Origin: a virus | Taxonomy: Duplodnaviria > Caudoviricetes | Length of the DNA: 64,000 nucleotides | IMG/VR virus record: IMGVR_UViG_3300032295_002421 | Span: 14,630 to 78,629 of that record | Reading direction: 5' to 3' (one strand) | In this document: positions 47,840 to 57,480 of the stretch, piece after piece | Position numbering within the stretch: position 1 is the first letter of the stretch | Layout of the letters: every line of letters begins with the position of its first letter | Translations under genes and position numbers: made by a program | Notes under the pieces: generated by a model | Told to the model about the DNA's origin: nothing | Database searches by the model: none | The model's input: the letters and a program-made list of their open reading frames with translations, nothing else

Positions 47840-48253
47840 TTACATATTTTCAATAGTTAGAATAACAGAATCATTTTCATTTGATGTAAGCAGTCTATAA
47901 CTAAATTTTATATTTATAGTACTATAATTTGGATTAGGTATTATACTTAATTGAGTTATTTCAATTTGGGGAAACTTTAATTCCATTTGAGTTCTTATAG
48001 ACTGTTCAATCTCTTCAAGAGTAATTTGATCTATTTGTTCAAATAATCTAGCCCTAAGACCAGCACCAAAAGTAGGATTAAAAACCCTTTCCCCAGGATC
48101 TGTTAAAAGATAATTTATAATATTATATTTTAATTGATCTTTTGTGGTATATACAGATGAAAATACATTATCAGCAGCAAAAGGTATTTTTACACCAATT
48201 GCTGTTGATGGTTTTAAATCTAGTGGTGATATTTGTTTTACTCCGTAGGCCAT
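47840..48253 (-). CDS. Baseplate protein, T4 gp25-like
   Basis: NIINYLLTDPGERVFNPTFGAGL...LFEQ. Confidence 0.9.
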   Translation of the reverse strand: MAYGVKQISPLDLKPSTAIGVKIPFAADNVFSSVYTTKDQLKYNIINYLLTDPGERVFNPTFGAGLRARLFEQIDQITLEEIEQSIRTQMELKFPQIEITQLSIIPNPNYSTINIKFSYRLLTSNENDSVILTIENM

Positions 48254-48693
48254 TATATTTGTCCTTGTTCTTTAAGTTTTGCCATAAGTCCAGTAAAATC
48301 AGGAACCTCATTTATTTGAACTGCATCTATATTTGAACTGGGTCTAGCCGTTCCTAACATTCCTTCTACACTACCTACCTTAACCTCTCTAGGTTGAAAT
48401 GCCAATCCAGGATGAACATTATCTGAGGTCATATTAAAATCTTCATTTAACATATTTTGTGCAGTATCATTTAAGAATGCTGCCATAGGATTATTTCCTG
48501 TAAATTTAACAGGTTTAGGAATAGCCGTGTTTAAAGTTCCTGGTATTTTAGATTTTACCTGTTCCTGTAAACTCTTTTTAGGGTCTGCCATAGGGGTTTT
48601 TTTAACCTCACTTAATAGTTTAGGAAGTTCCTCTTTAAGAACTGTTCTGAGTTCTTCCCTTATTAGTTTTCTTAATTGGTCTATTTGTCCCAT
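48253..48693 (-). CDS. Hypothetical virion protein
   Basis: LRKLIREELRTVLKEE N-terminus. Confidence 0.65.
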   Translation of the reverse strand: MGQIDQLRKLIREELRTVLKEELPKLLSEVKKTPMADPKKSLQEQVKSKIPGTLNTAIPKPVKFTGNNPMAAFLNDTAQNMLNEDFNMTSDNVHPGLAFQPREVKVGSVEGMLGTARPSSNIDAVQINEVPDFTGLMAKLKEQGQI

Positions 48694-48740
48694 ATATTAT
48701 AAATATTATTTTTAATAATTTACTATTAATATTATTTTTT

Positions 48741-50528
48741 TTATCCTGAGGTACTAGTTTTTCCGTTATTTGGATTTATATTTCCTAATTCTGTTTTCAT
48801 ATTATTATTCTGGGCAGATAGAGCAGATCTCATTTTTTTTCTTAGTGATTTACCTCCTGGTAAATTATCTATAAATTGAGAAAGTCCTAATTCTTTATTT
48901 TGATTTAATACAAAATTTGCATCTGTTAAAGTTGATGTAAGATCTTGTAAATCTAAATCATCATCTCCTAAAAACTTATTAGATTCTAAAACAGTCAGTA
49001 AATCATCAGGAGATAAGGCAGGGATAGAAACATCTATTAATCCTTTTGAATATAATATAAATTTTACTTCGTTTATTATAATTAAATCTAAAGAAGCAAA
49101 TGTTGGAGTAGATTGGGCTACAATAAATCCATTTTGATCTCTAGCTATTCCAAATCTTCTTCTTATAGAAATTCCCTCATCCGTTAGTTCTTCAGGAATA
49201 ATTTCTATAGCATAAGGACCTATATTTCTTTGTAATCTATTAGTATTACTATTATATGAATTTATAAAATTTCTTAGAGGAACTGCTGAATTTTCTAAAG
49301 AATCTATAGTATCTTGTATTTCTTTTTTAAGAGGTTCTTCTACATTAGTGCAATTTTGTAAACTACTAACTATTAAAGTTAATTTATCTATTATTATTTG
49401 CATACCAGCAACAAGAGATGTCACAAATATAACCATTAAATTTAAAACAAAATTTATTTGTTGTAATCTTTTTACAAGTTTGTCTATTCCCTTAGCTCCT
49501 ACAACATCTTCATTTATATTAGCTAATAGAGTGTTAACACCAGCAGTAGTAAATACTGATGGTATAGGAAGTCCGAAAAAGAATTTTCTTATTACATAAA
49601 AAGCTTTTAATAATATTAAAAAAATTCTAATAAAAGATCTACATGTATTTATATAAGAAGCTAATTTTTGTGCTACTGAAGATATATTTCTAGCGCTTTT
49701 TAAAATATTATTTAAAGTTGGAATAGCTTTATCTATTGGAATTTCTCTATTTAATCTTTCAATTTGATCTTGAATCGCACCCCCAGCTATAAAATCTGCT
49801 GTTGCTAATACACTAGAAGCACTTGTTAATGTTTGAATAGTCATACAAACTATTCTAACTTTGTCTATAATATCAAATATTTTTTCTATTTCTTTAGGAA
49901 GTAAATTTTGTAGATTTTCTATATTTGTATATCTTTCAAATTGAGTTGATATATTTTGAATAAAATTAGAAGCTATAGAAACCTCAGGAAAAAGTTCCCT
50001 TATTTCAGGATCATTTAATCCAGAATTTGCTTCTAATATAATATTCATATATCTTCTTATATCAGTTATTAAACTGTATAAATCATCAATATTTGTAGAG
50101 GTCGCAAATTTAAAAACTCCTTCATTTAAACTATTAGGAGTTAATCTATAAGCATCAATTGTTTTTTGAATATCAAAAGCTATTTTTTGTATTTGCCATT
50201 TCTTTTTTGCTATTGGATTTTCAGGAATAGGATCATTTGGATTAAAAGGTTTTCCTCCTGGTATTTGGCTTATAGCATGATTTATAATATTACAAAAATC
50301 TACAGTCGTTAATCTTTCTAAAATATAAATAGTTCCTTTATCTAAAGCTCTAGTAATTAAATTACCTTCATCTGGTTTTAATGAATACTTTCCATAAATT
50401 ATGGCATCTGTTGTACTTTGTGCATTTATTATAAAAGTAGCTATAGTTGCAATAGCTTTTTCTATACCTTTAGCAGAAGTGGTATTTATATTTAATTTAT
50501 CGTTTACTAAATTTCTTGTAAGACTCAT
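48741..50528 (-). CDS. Helical baseplate-associated protein with hydrophobic segments
   Basis: 595 aa; FIRIFLILLKAFYVIRKFFFG and FVLNLMVIFVTSLVAG; follows spike gene. Confidence 0.55.
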   Translation of the reverse strand: MSLTRNLVNDKLNINTTSAKGIEKAIATIATFIINAQSTTDAIIYGKYSLKPDEGNLITRALDKGTIYILERLTTVDFCNIINHAISQIPGGKPFNPNDPIPENPIAKKKWQIQKIAFDIQKTIDAYRLTPNSLNEGVFKFATSTNIDDLYSLITDIRRYMNIILEANSGLNDPEIRELFPEVSIASNFIQNISTQFERYTNIENLQNLLPKEIEKIFDIIDKVRIVCMTIQTLTSASSVLATADFIAGGAIQDQIERLNREIPIDKAIPTLNNILKSARNISSVAQKLASYINTCRSFIRIFLILLKAFYVIRKFFFGLPIPSVFTTAGVNTLLANINEDVVGAKGIDKLVKRLQQINFVLNLMVIFVTSLVAGMQIIIDKLTLIVSSLQNCTNVEEPLKKEIQDTIDSLENSAVPLRNFINSYNSNTNRLQRNIGPYAIEIIPEELTDEGISIRRRFGIARDQNGFIVAQSTPTFASLDLIIINEVKFILYSKGLIDVSIPALSPDDLLTVLESNKFLGDDDLDLQDLTSTLTDANFVLNQNKELGLSQFIDNLPGGKSLRKKMRSALSAQNNNMKTELGNINPNNGKTSTSG

Positions 50529-50965
50529 TTTGTATAAGTATTTTTAGACAAAAATGAATCATTTTCTATAACATTTAACATTATTTTGCACGCCTTATTT
50601 AATTTTTTTCCAGCCGATGAAATTGCTTGCATACTAGTGCCTAATTCAGATTCAGAACACTGCGCTAATAAAACAGATACGGTACTAATTTCTTGTACAA
50701 AAAGTTTAAGTCTATCATTAAAAAATTTTCCTAATATAAGAGGTTCTTTGGCGTTTTCTCCTAAAGTGATTTTTTTACAATATAATAATATTTCTTGATT
50801 AGCATCTAAATTTATAGTTTTTACTGAAGATAAACCTACGGCCTGTTTTCCAAAAAGAAAAATAGCATCATTTTTAGAATGAATTGTTACTCTATCTGCT
50901 GATAAAATTATTTGATCGCCTTTATATGGAAATTGTGGATTATATGGAGGAACAGGTAGTGCCAT
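50525..50965 (-). CDS. Baseplate spike (gp5 C-terminal-like) protein
   Basis: QIILSADRVTIHSK beta-repeats; LG..A.EP.ILG. Confidence 0.55.
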   Translation of the reverse strand: MALPVPPYNPQFPYKGDQIILSADRVTIHSKNDAIFLFGKQAVGLSSVKTINLDANQEILLYCKKITLGENAKEPLILGKFFNDRLKLFVQEISTVSVLLAQCSESELGTSMQAISSAGKKLNKACKIMLNVIENDSFLSKNTYTK

Positions 50966-50966
50966 T

Positions 50967-51884
50967 CTAAATATTTAAATTATTTTCTCTTGCTCTTGAA
51001 TCTTGTTCTTGCGCTGATAATATTTCTGTAGATATAGGTTTTGTAAAAGATTTTATAATAGGTCTAGATCTAAGAACAGTTGTTTTTTGTTTAAAAGATC
51101 CTCTAGGAAAATTATTTATATCATCTAAAAATATTTCTTGAGTAGAAGTCATATATATAGAAGCGCCGTCCCTATTTATATCTTCCAAAGTATTATCAAT
51201 TACTGATCCTATATTATTTTCAGATACTTTATTTGTAATTATAGTTATAGGATCTCCATTAGTTCCTGATACAGACCATGGATTTATAGTTTCTTGCGCT
51301 ATAACTGTACTTCCTAATCTTATTGACTGTCCAAATCTACCTTGAAAAATAATGTCTCCTTCAAATGGTTGCAGATTTTTAATTTTATCATTTTCATAAA
51401 AAGTATTTCCCATTGATAAACTGGGATTTTCTAATTCTGTACTTTGATATTCAGCTTGCGAAGAGTAAGATTCTAAAAAACTATAATATTCTTGTAGATT
51501 AGGAAACGCTCCATGATTAGGATGATTCCAAATATTATAAGCAGGAAAATAATAAAATTGTTGATTAGTAATTCTATCATTTAATTTTTCTGAAGGTCCT
51601 GCTATTATTAAAACTATTTCATTAATAACTGGATATTGTTTTATAAAATTAAATATAGGATAGGCTGGTTCTGTTGTTTCTGATGCAAAAGATATATTAA
51701 ATGAAGAATATAATAATTCATATCTAATTTTTCCTACATCTGCTGGATTAGTATAATCATAGTCTATTTCATTTGTAGCCGTTTTATATGGGCCCATTAC
51801 TATAGACTTTACTCTTCCTATTTGAAAATAATAACCTCCGTTATTAACTTCCGCAGTTGGATTATTTGAAAATATATTAGCCAT
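50967..51884 (-). CDS. Baseplate hub/spike N-terminal (gp5/Vgr OB-fold-like) protein
   Basis: GRVKSI...VGKIRY...KQYPVINEIVLI; FEGD..FQGRFGQSIRLGS. Confidence 0.6.
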   Translation of the reverse strand: MANIFSNNPTAEVNNGGYYFQIGRVKSIVMGPYKTATNEIDYDYTNPADVGKIRYELLYSSFNISFASETTEPAYPIFNFIKQYPVINEIVLIIAGPSEKLNDRITNQQFYYFPAYNIWNHPNHGAFPNLQEYYSFLESYSSQAEYQSTELENPSLSMGNTFYENDKIKNLQPFEGDIIFQGRFGQSIRLGSTVIAQETINPWSVSGTNGDPITIITNKVSENNIGSVIDNTLEDINRDGASIYMTSTQEIFLDDINNFPRGSFKQKTTVLRSRPIIKSFTKPISTEILSAQEQDSRARENNLNI

Positions 51885-52246
51885 TATACGCTAGGTAGTT
51901 GTTTAGGATCTTTAATTTTAATTGTTGAAACCTCAGAAAATAATTGTTCAATATCCTTTTCAGTAAGAATACCAGAATCTTCAGTATCTCCAGCTTTTTT
52001 ACTTTCAGCAGCTTTTTGGAAAAGATTAAGTAATTTTAAAAGAACCTCATCGTTTTTTAAACTAGAATCTATAAATCCTTTAAGTAGAGGCACAACTACA
52101 ATGGCATCACCAGGGGTTTCAATCATGTCGGCAAGCCTCATAATCTCCTGTTTAATTGTAGAATCTTGATTTTTTTGCTTATCGTATACCTCTTCTACAA
52201 GATTGGCAATAGTTTTACCTTTAAATATTTCCTTATCAAGTTCCAT
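51884..52246 (-). CDS. Conserved helical hypothetical protein
   Basis: Late motif at 52258-52265. Confidence 0.65.
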   Translation of the reverse strand: MELDKEIFKGKTIANLVEEVYDKQKNQDSTIKQEIMRLADMIETPGDAIVVVPLLKGFIDSSLKNDEVLLKLLNLFQKAAESKKAGDTEDSGILTEKDIEQLFSEVSTIKIKDPKQLPSV

Positions 52247-52264
52247 GACTTTTTAGAATAAATA

Positions 52265-53017
52265 TTAATAGTCATTGTTTTCAAGATATTCATTAAGGAT
52301 AGTTCTGTAGATGTTTTTAAGCTTTTTAATTACCTTTGTAATGGTATTAGATTGAGTGTCAGCCATCTCTTTTACATATATAAAGACAGCCTTTTTATTA
52401 AAAATGTCTATATTTTCCCTTTTTTTAAATATTTCTAAAATAGCATCAGCAACCTTTATTTCCTCAGTTTTATCAAATAATTCTAATAAATTGTCATCTA
52501 CATATTTTATGAAAAGCTCTACCACGTCTAGCTTATCTAGCTCTGGTTCTGGTTCCTTTACAAGGATGCTATTTAATAATGCATCATCATCATTTTGTTC
52601 TCCAATCTCTGCCTTTGCTACAAGTTTCTTATAATTTTTTTGGTTATATATAATTAAATATCTTTTAGCAATTGTTCCAAAATAAGAATACGCTTTGCCT
52701 TTAGATTGGTCATAAAGGTCTAATTTTTGAAGAAGAAAAGATATTACTTCATATTTAAGATCCTCTATATTATCAACCTCAGTATAATAAAACTTAAATG
52801 TATGAATAATATTTTCTACTAATTTATAAAATCCGTAGTGAATATCTTCATTATATATTCTATTTCTTTCCGCTTGATTTTTGGCCGCCCTGTACCTTAG
52901 AATTGCTTCTTCAGTTTCTATTGTAAAATAGTTATTTTTTGTCTTAGGCTTCCTTTTTCTAGGTTCACCTTTTTTAGTTAAAAGAACCTCTTCCTCATTT
53001 GCTAGTATATCAGTCAT
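52265..53017 (-). CDS. Phage RNA polymerase sigma factor (late, gp55-like)
   Basis: EDLKYEVISFLLQKLDLYDQSKGKAYSYFGTIAKRYLI matches sigma70 region 2. Confidence 0.7.
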   Translation of the reverse strand: MTDILANEEEVLLTKKGEPRKRKPKTKNNYFTIETEEAILRYRAAKNQAERNRIYNEDIHYGFYKLVENIIHTFKFYYTEVDNIEDLKYEVISFLLQKLDLYDQSKGKAYSYFGTIAKRYLIIYNQKNYKKLVAKAEIGEQNDDDALLNSILVKEPEPELDKLDVVELFIKYVDDNLLELFDKTEEIKVADAILEIFKKRENIDIFNKKAVFIYVKEMADTQSNTITKVIKKLKNIYRTILNEYLENNDY

Positions 53018-53018
53018 A

Positions 53019-53291
53019 TTATTCTTCTATAAATTCGTTAATCCTACTTTGCATTTGTTTTACATTTTCCATAAGGCTTAAAAATTCAGGATCAGACTGC
53101 ACCCATAATTTAGAATCAATTTGATTTGCGCATGTATTTATTTCCTTCATACAATCTTTAATATTATCAATAAATAATTGTTGAGTAATAACCATTGATT
53201 CTAGTCTTCTATTCTTTTGGAATAAATTCCAAATTATATATCCTACTATAGATATGGCCCAAACTATAAGGGCTATAATTCCTGTTGTCAT
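53019..53291 (-). CDS. N-terminally anchored membrane protein
   Basis: GIIALIVWAISIVGYIIWNLF TM plus coiled coil. Confidence 0.6.
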   Translation of the reverse strand: MTTGIIALIVWAISIVGYIIWNLFQKNRRLESMVITQQLFIDNIKDCMKEINTCANQIDSKLWVQSDPEFLSLMENVKQMQSRINEFIEE

Positions 53292-53303
53292 AATATATTA
53301 ATT

Positions 53304-53933
53304 TTAGTTTGATTCAATTTTACTAGACATCAAATCTGCCTGATGCAATATGTAAGCAATATTAGATCTTAATTCTGTATCTTTATTATAAGTAATATAA
53401 TATTGTTTATTTGCTTCTTCATACAAACCATCATGAAGTCTGATAGCTAGAAACTCATTTTCTGAAACCTGAATACCATATTTCTGAAGTACGAATAAAC
53501 TTCTTTCCGCAATTCTCATATGAGTTATAGCAGGATTGTAGTTAAACATAAGACCTTGATTCTCTCTATGCCATTGTGACTGGTTAGGAATATAAACTGG
53601 TTCATCATTAGTACCTAGTTTGCCAAGATCATGATTAAGTGCTGAAAAAGCTAATTCTTCAGTTGTATAATTTTTGTTCTGGCCAAATTTATCCCAAACC
53701 TTTTCAAATACTAAAGCCGCTTCCGTAACCCTAATAACATGATCTAAATAACCACCAGCAAAAGCATTATGATGACTTATTTTTGTAGAAGCAGGAGAAG
53801 TAGCAAGAGTTTCTTCAATATCTTTGTACATTTCCAAAAGTTTGTCTTTCCTATTACCAGAAATATACTTATTAATTAAAGAATAAAACTTGGCTAGATT
53901 TTCAGCCATTTGTTCAGGACTTAAATTTTTCAT
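53304..53933 (-). CDS. HD-domain phosphohydrolase
   Basis: HHNAFAGGYLDH, NHDLGK, LHDG, HQAD. Confidence 0.85.
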   Translation of the reverse strand: MKNLSPEQMAENLAKFYSLINKYISGNRKDKLLEMYKDIEETLATSPASTKISHHNAFAGGYLDHVIRVTEAALVFEKVWDKFGQNKNYTTEELAFSALNHDLGKLGTNDEPVYIPNQSQWHRENQGLMFNYNPAITHMRIAERSLFVLQKYGIQVSENEFLAIRLHDGLYEEANKQYYITYNKDTELRSNIAYILHQADLMSSKIESN

Positions 53934-53947
53934 AACTTATTTTTTAT

Positions 53948-54124
53948 TTAAAATTCATTTTCACTATTTATCAATACTTCAATTTCATCTATTTTAGATT
54001 TTATTTTATCTAATTGAGCATGAAGCTCTTCTTGAGATCTTGCAGTTGATACTAAAGCTCTTTGAGAATTTATTAAATTATTTAATTCAAATATTTTCCT
54101 TAATATTAATTGTTTATATTTCAT
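53948..54124 (-). CDS. Small coiled-coil protein (58 aa)
   Basis: MKYKQLILRKIFEL...SENEF*, read by hand. Confidence 0.55.
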   Translation of the reverse strand: MKYKQLILRKIFELNNLINSQRALVSTARSQEELHAQLDKIKSKIDEIEVLINSENEF

Positions 54125-54133
54125 ACTATGAAT

Positions 54134-54454
54134 TTACAACTTTAATGTGTAATCTATTAATTGATCTATAGAGTATAATGGTTTTCCTTTAATTTTATTA
54201 TTTAATGATATAGTATTTCCTACATCATCATAATTGTCTGTTAAATAAATAATTTCTTCTATAAAATTATCATTTATCATTTTTAATACTATAGGATAGT
54301 TAGAACATCCTATTAAATTTTCAATAGAATCACATATTTCGGTATCCGATTTACAAACTTCATAATTATAATGTACGTAATTTTTACCTAATTCTTGCTT
54401 TAGTTTTTCACACTTACTACAACCTTCTAGTAATAATAATTTAATCTTGATCAT
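54134..54454 (-). CDS. Glutaredoxin/thioredoxin-like protein
   Basis: LEGCSKCEKLK CxxC; YPIV cis-Pro motif. Confidence 0.7.
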   Translation of the reverse strand: MIKIKLLLLEGCSKCEKLKQELGKNYVHYNYEVCKSDTEICDSIENLIGCSNYPIVLKMINDNFIEEIIYLTDNYDDVGNTISLNNKIKGKPLYSIDQLIDYTLKL

Positions 54455-54608
54455 AAAATTCTTTATCTATTTTTTGCATTATTTGATACCACATATATTT
54501 TTCTTCATTTTTCATAGTATCAAATGTCATTGATAAGTAAATATATAATGCATTCAATTGCTCTTCTGTTATTTTATCTCCATCTATTTGAAAATCTTCT
54601 ACTTGCAT
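54441..54608 (-). CDS. Small hypothetical protein (55 aa)
   Basis: MQVEDFQIDG...FYDQD*, read by hand. Confidence 0.5.
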   Translation of the reverse strand: MQVEDFQIDGDKITEEQLNALYIYLSMTFDTMKNEEKYMWYQIMQKIDKEFYDQD

Positions 54609-54674
54609 AATAGCTAGTTTAAAGGTATTTAGCCTTTTTTTAGAGTATAATTGACTTTGTTTTTTATTTGTAGT

Positions 54675-54870
54675 TTATACCTAAAATCCTTTAGCGGACT
54701 AAACCGTCGGATATGGCCGATATTATTTTAGGCTTTCACTACTAACTATTTTTATATACCTGAAGCATATATTGGTCTTTACTCCTGGTAGTCGTATTAC
54801 TTACCCATTCTAAAACACACTCATGGAATTTAACCAAGCTATGGTATAGAGCCTGAGTATACGACATTAG
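54675..54870 (-). ncRNA. Candidate structured RNA or 5' leader with possible pseudoknot
   Basis: Nested stems read by eye; two pairings work only as G-U on the minus strand. Confidence 0.4.
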
Positions 54871-54923
54871 TTTTACTAATATACAACAAATATTTGAAAC
54901 AGAAAAATTTTTTTTAATAAATA

Positions 54924-54955
54924 TTTTTTTATGTCATTTTTTTGTCTTATATTTG
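54924..54955 (+). promoter_or_regulatory. Bacteroidetes-type sigma-A promoter for primase operon
   Basis: TATATTTG (TAnnTTTG) at 54948-54955; same T-tract/ATGTC/7-nt/TGTC layout as the early cassette core. Confidence 0.65.
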
Positions 54956-54959
54956 ATAA

Positions 54960-55889
54960 ATGGATAAAGAATTACTTGTATTAGGATTATTGGAAACAGT
55001 GCTTGGTAAAGGAAAGGGATCTAAAACCACTATGGATTATGCATTCTATTGCCCAGTTTGTAAGCATCATAATCCTAAGTTAATAGTCAATATTAAGTCT
55101 GGACAATATAATTGTTGGACTTGCCATCCTGCTACTAAAGGTAAAACACCAGTATCACTCTTAAAAAAAGTAGACGCTCCTACTGAAAAGATTATCGAAA
55201 TGAAAAATTATTTTCAAGGAGATAATACAAAGATTGATACTACTAAACCAAATAAAGTAACCCTACCAGAAGAATTTATTTCATTATCTAATCCAGATAA
55301 ATCTCTTGAGTGTAGACATGCTCTAGCTTATTTAAAAAAAAGAAATATATCTATTCAAGACATACAAAAGTATAATATTGGATATTGTAAAACAGGAAGA
55401 TACAGAAATAGAATTATAGTACCTTCTTATGATAAAGATGGAAATGTAAATTATTTTATTGCTAGATCATTTGAACCTGATCCCTCTCGTAAGTATGATG
55501 CTCCTAGTTGTAATAAAACAGAACTTATAGGCCTAGAATATTTTGTTAATTGGTCTATTCCTGTTATTTTATGTGAGGGTATTTTTGATGCAATTGCAAT
55601 TAAACGTAATGCTATTCCTTTATTTGGAAAAACTATTCCGCAGTCACTCATGATGAAATTAGTAGAATCTGAAGTAAAAACAGTATATTTGGCATTAGAT
55701 AAAGATGCTCTTAAAGAAGCACTAGATTATTCACAAAATCTTCTTAATTTAGGGAAAGAAGTTTATTTAATAGAATTAGAGGGTAAAGATCCTTCTGACC
55801 TTGGTTTTAATAATATGACCAAGTTATTACATACTGCGAAGCCATTGTCTTTTGGAGACCTGCTTCTCAAAAAAATACAACTAATATGA
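54960..55889 (+). CDS. DNA primase (Zn finger + TOPRIM)
   Basis: CPVC...YNCWTCH; YRNRIIVP; CEGIFDA; LALDKDA. Confidence 0.9.
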   Translation: MDKELLVLGLLETVLGKGKGSKTTMDYAFYCPVCKHHNPKLIVNIKSGQYNCWTCHPATKGKTPVSLLKKVDAPTEKIIEMKNYFQGDNTKIDTTKPNKVTLPEEFISLSNPDKSLECRHALAYLKKRNISIQDIQKYNIGYCKTGRYRNRIIVPSYDKDGNVNYFIARSFEPDPSRKYDAPSCNKTELIGLEYFVNWSIPVILCEGIFDAIAIKRNAIPLFGKTIPQSLMMKLVESEVKTVYLALDKDALKEALDYSQNLLNLGKEVYLIELEGKDPSDLGFNNMTKLLHTAKPLSFGDLLLKKIQLI

Positions 55890-56680
55890 TCGAACAAAAC
55901 AAGAATGTCTATCGAGACAAATTCTTAAAAAGAATCGTTGAAACTGATCCTGAACTTAGACAAATTACTTTACATGATGCTAGATACTATCAAAGATCGC
56001 CTGGAGTCTTTTATCCTTCTGTTACCACAATTCTTGGCTACTTTCCGAAAGGTGCTTTTTTCGAAACTTGGATTAAAGACATGGGTCATAATGCTGATAT
56101 TGTTATGCGTCGCGCTGGCGATGAGGGAACTCAAGTCCACAATGCCGTAGAAAAATTCTTAAAAGGAGAAGAGATTAGATGGATAGAACCAGATGGTAAG
56201 GTTAATTATCATACCCATGTATGGAAGATGATTTTAGGCTTTACAGACTTTTGGACAACCTATAAACCAACTCTTTTACTATCAGAAGAATTTATGTTTA
56301 GTGACACTTACAAGTATTCTGGAACTCTAGATTTATTGGTGGACATAAATGGAGAAAAATGGCTCTTAGATATTAAAACTTCAAACTCAATTCATGAAAG
56401 CTACTACTTACAAATGTCAGCCTACACTAAAGCTTATGAAGAAAGATACCTCCAAAAAGTGGATCGTAACGGTATCATATGGCTCAAATCTTCTAAAAGA
56501 GGGTCAGATAAGGCAGGCAAAAAAATGCAAGGTGCAGGTTGGGAAATAATTGAAGGAAAAAAGACAGTTGATGAATATTTTAGTATGTTCTTACATACAT
56601 ACGAGACTTATAAGATTATGCATCCAGAGTCTGAGATCGAATTACTTACCCTACCCAATACTGTTAAACTCTCAGATTAA
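55886..56680 (+). CDS. PD-(D/E)XK exonuclease
   Basis: YPSVTTIL; GTQVH; YSGTLDL...LDIKTS...YYLQMSAY. Confidence 0.85.
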   Translation: MIEQNKNVYRDKFLKRIVETDPELRQITLHDARYYQRSPGVFYPSVTTILGYFPKGAFFETWIKDMGHNADIVMRRAGDEGTQVHNAVEKFLKGEEIRWIEPDGKVNYHTHVWKMILGFTDFWTTYKPTLLLSEEFMFSDTYKYSGTLDLLVDINGEKWLLDIKTSNSIHESYYLQMSAYTKAYEERYLQKVDRNGIIWLKSSKRGSDKAGKKMQGAGWEIIEGKKTVDEYFSMFLHTYETYKIMHPESEIELLTLPNTVKLSD

Positions 56681-56694
56681 TATTTATTGGTAGT

Positions 56695-57480
56695 ATGATT
56701 AAGCTACTAGATTTATTATTGGAAGTAAAAGAAGGCAAAAAAGCTATTATAATGGCAGGTGGAGCTGGTGCCGGCAAATCCACTTTTGTTAAACAGATTA
56801 GACCTGACTTAAAAAAACAAGACTGGATTGAGCTGAATGCAGACAAGTATGTAGAAGACAAAGATAGTCCTATGTACAATAATCTATCAGCTGCGTCTAT
56901 TCAGATTGATAAAAAAGATCTTCCTCAAACAATTCAATCTGACAAAAACTTTTTATATGATACAACCGGTACTAATGTAGACAGGATATACAATATTAAA
57001 GATTCTGGATATAATATTATGATGGTAATGGTATATACTAATCCTATAGTTAGTTTCCTGCGTAACTTTTCTAGAGAAAGAAAGGTTCCTACTGTTGGAG
57101 TACTTTCTAGCTGGAATAATGTATATAAGAATATCGATACATATAAAAAAATGTTTGGAGATAATTTTTACTTAGTAGAAACAGGAGTATCTGATGAGGA
57201 AAAGAAAATGGTAGCTGAATTTGAAAAAGCCTACAAATCTAATAAACTAAAAGAATTTTTTGAGCAACTTTTATCTTCTGGTCAATTTAAATCTACATTT
57301 AAAAAAGATCCAACTAAACAAAAATCTCCTGAAGAAATAGCAAAATCTAAAGCACTTGTTGACAAACAGATAGATATATTATCAAATCAGTTTGATACTA
57401 TAGAAAAACAAGTAGAAGAATTAAAAACTCAAGATATGTCAAGTGTTGTGTCTAAAGCAAAATCATTTATTAAGTCATGA
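56695..57480 (+). CDS. P-loop kinase (zeta-toxin/AAA_33-like) with capsid-cargo-type N-terminus
   Basis: GGAGAGKS Walker A; LNADKY; YDTTG; MIKLLDLLLE start. Confidence 0.75.
   Translation: MIKLLDLLLEVKEGKKAIIMAGGAGAGKSTFVKQIRPDLKKQDWIELNADKYVEDKDSPMYNNLSAASIQIDKKDLPQTIQSDKNFLYDTTGTNVDRIYNIKDSGYNIMMVMVYTNPIVSFLRNFSRERKVPTVGVLSSWNNVYKNIDTYKKMFGDNFYLVETGVSDEEKKMVAEFEKAYKSNKLKEFFEQLLSSGQFKSTFKKDPTKQKSPEEIAKSKALVDKQIDILSNQFDTIEKQVEELKTQDMSSVVSKAKSFIKS

Noticed and set aside
55886-56680. Cas4 / CRISPR adaptation gene
   Set aside because: PD-(D/E)XK motifs only, no four-Cys Fe-S cluster pattern; sits with the primase as a replication/recombination exonuclease
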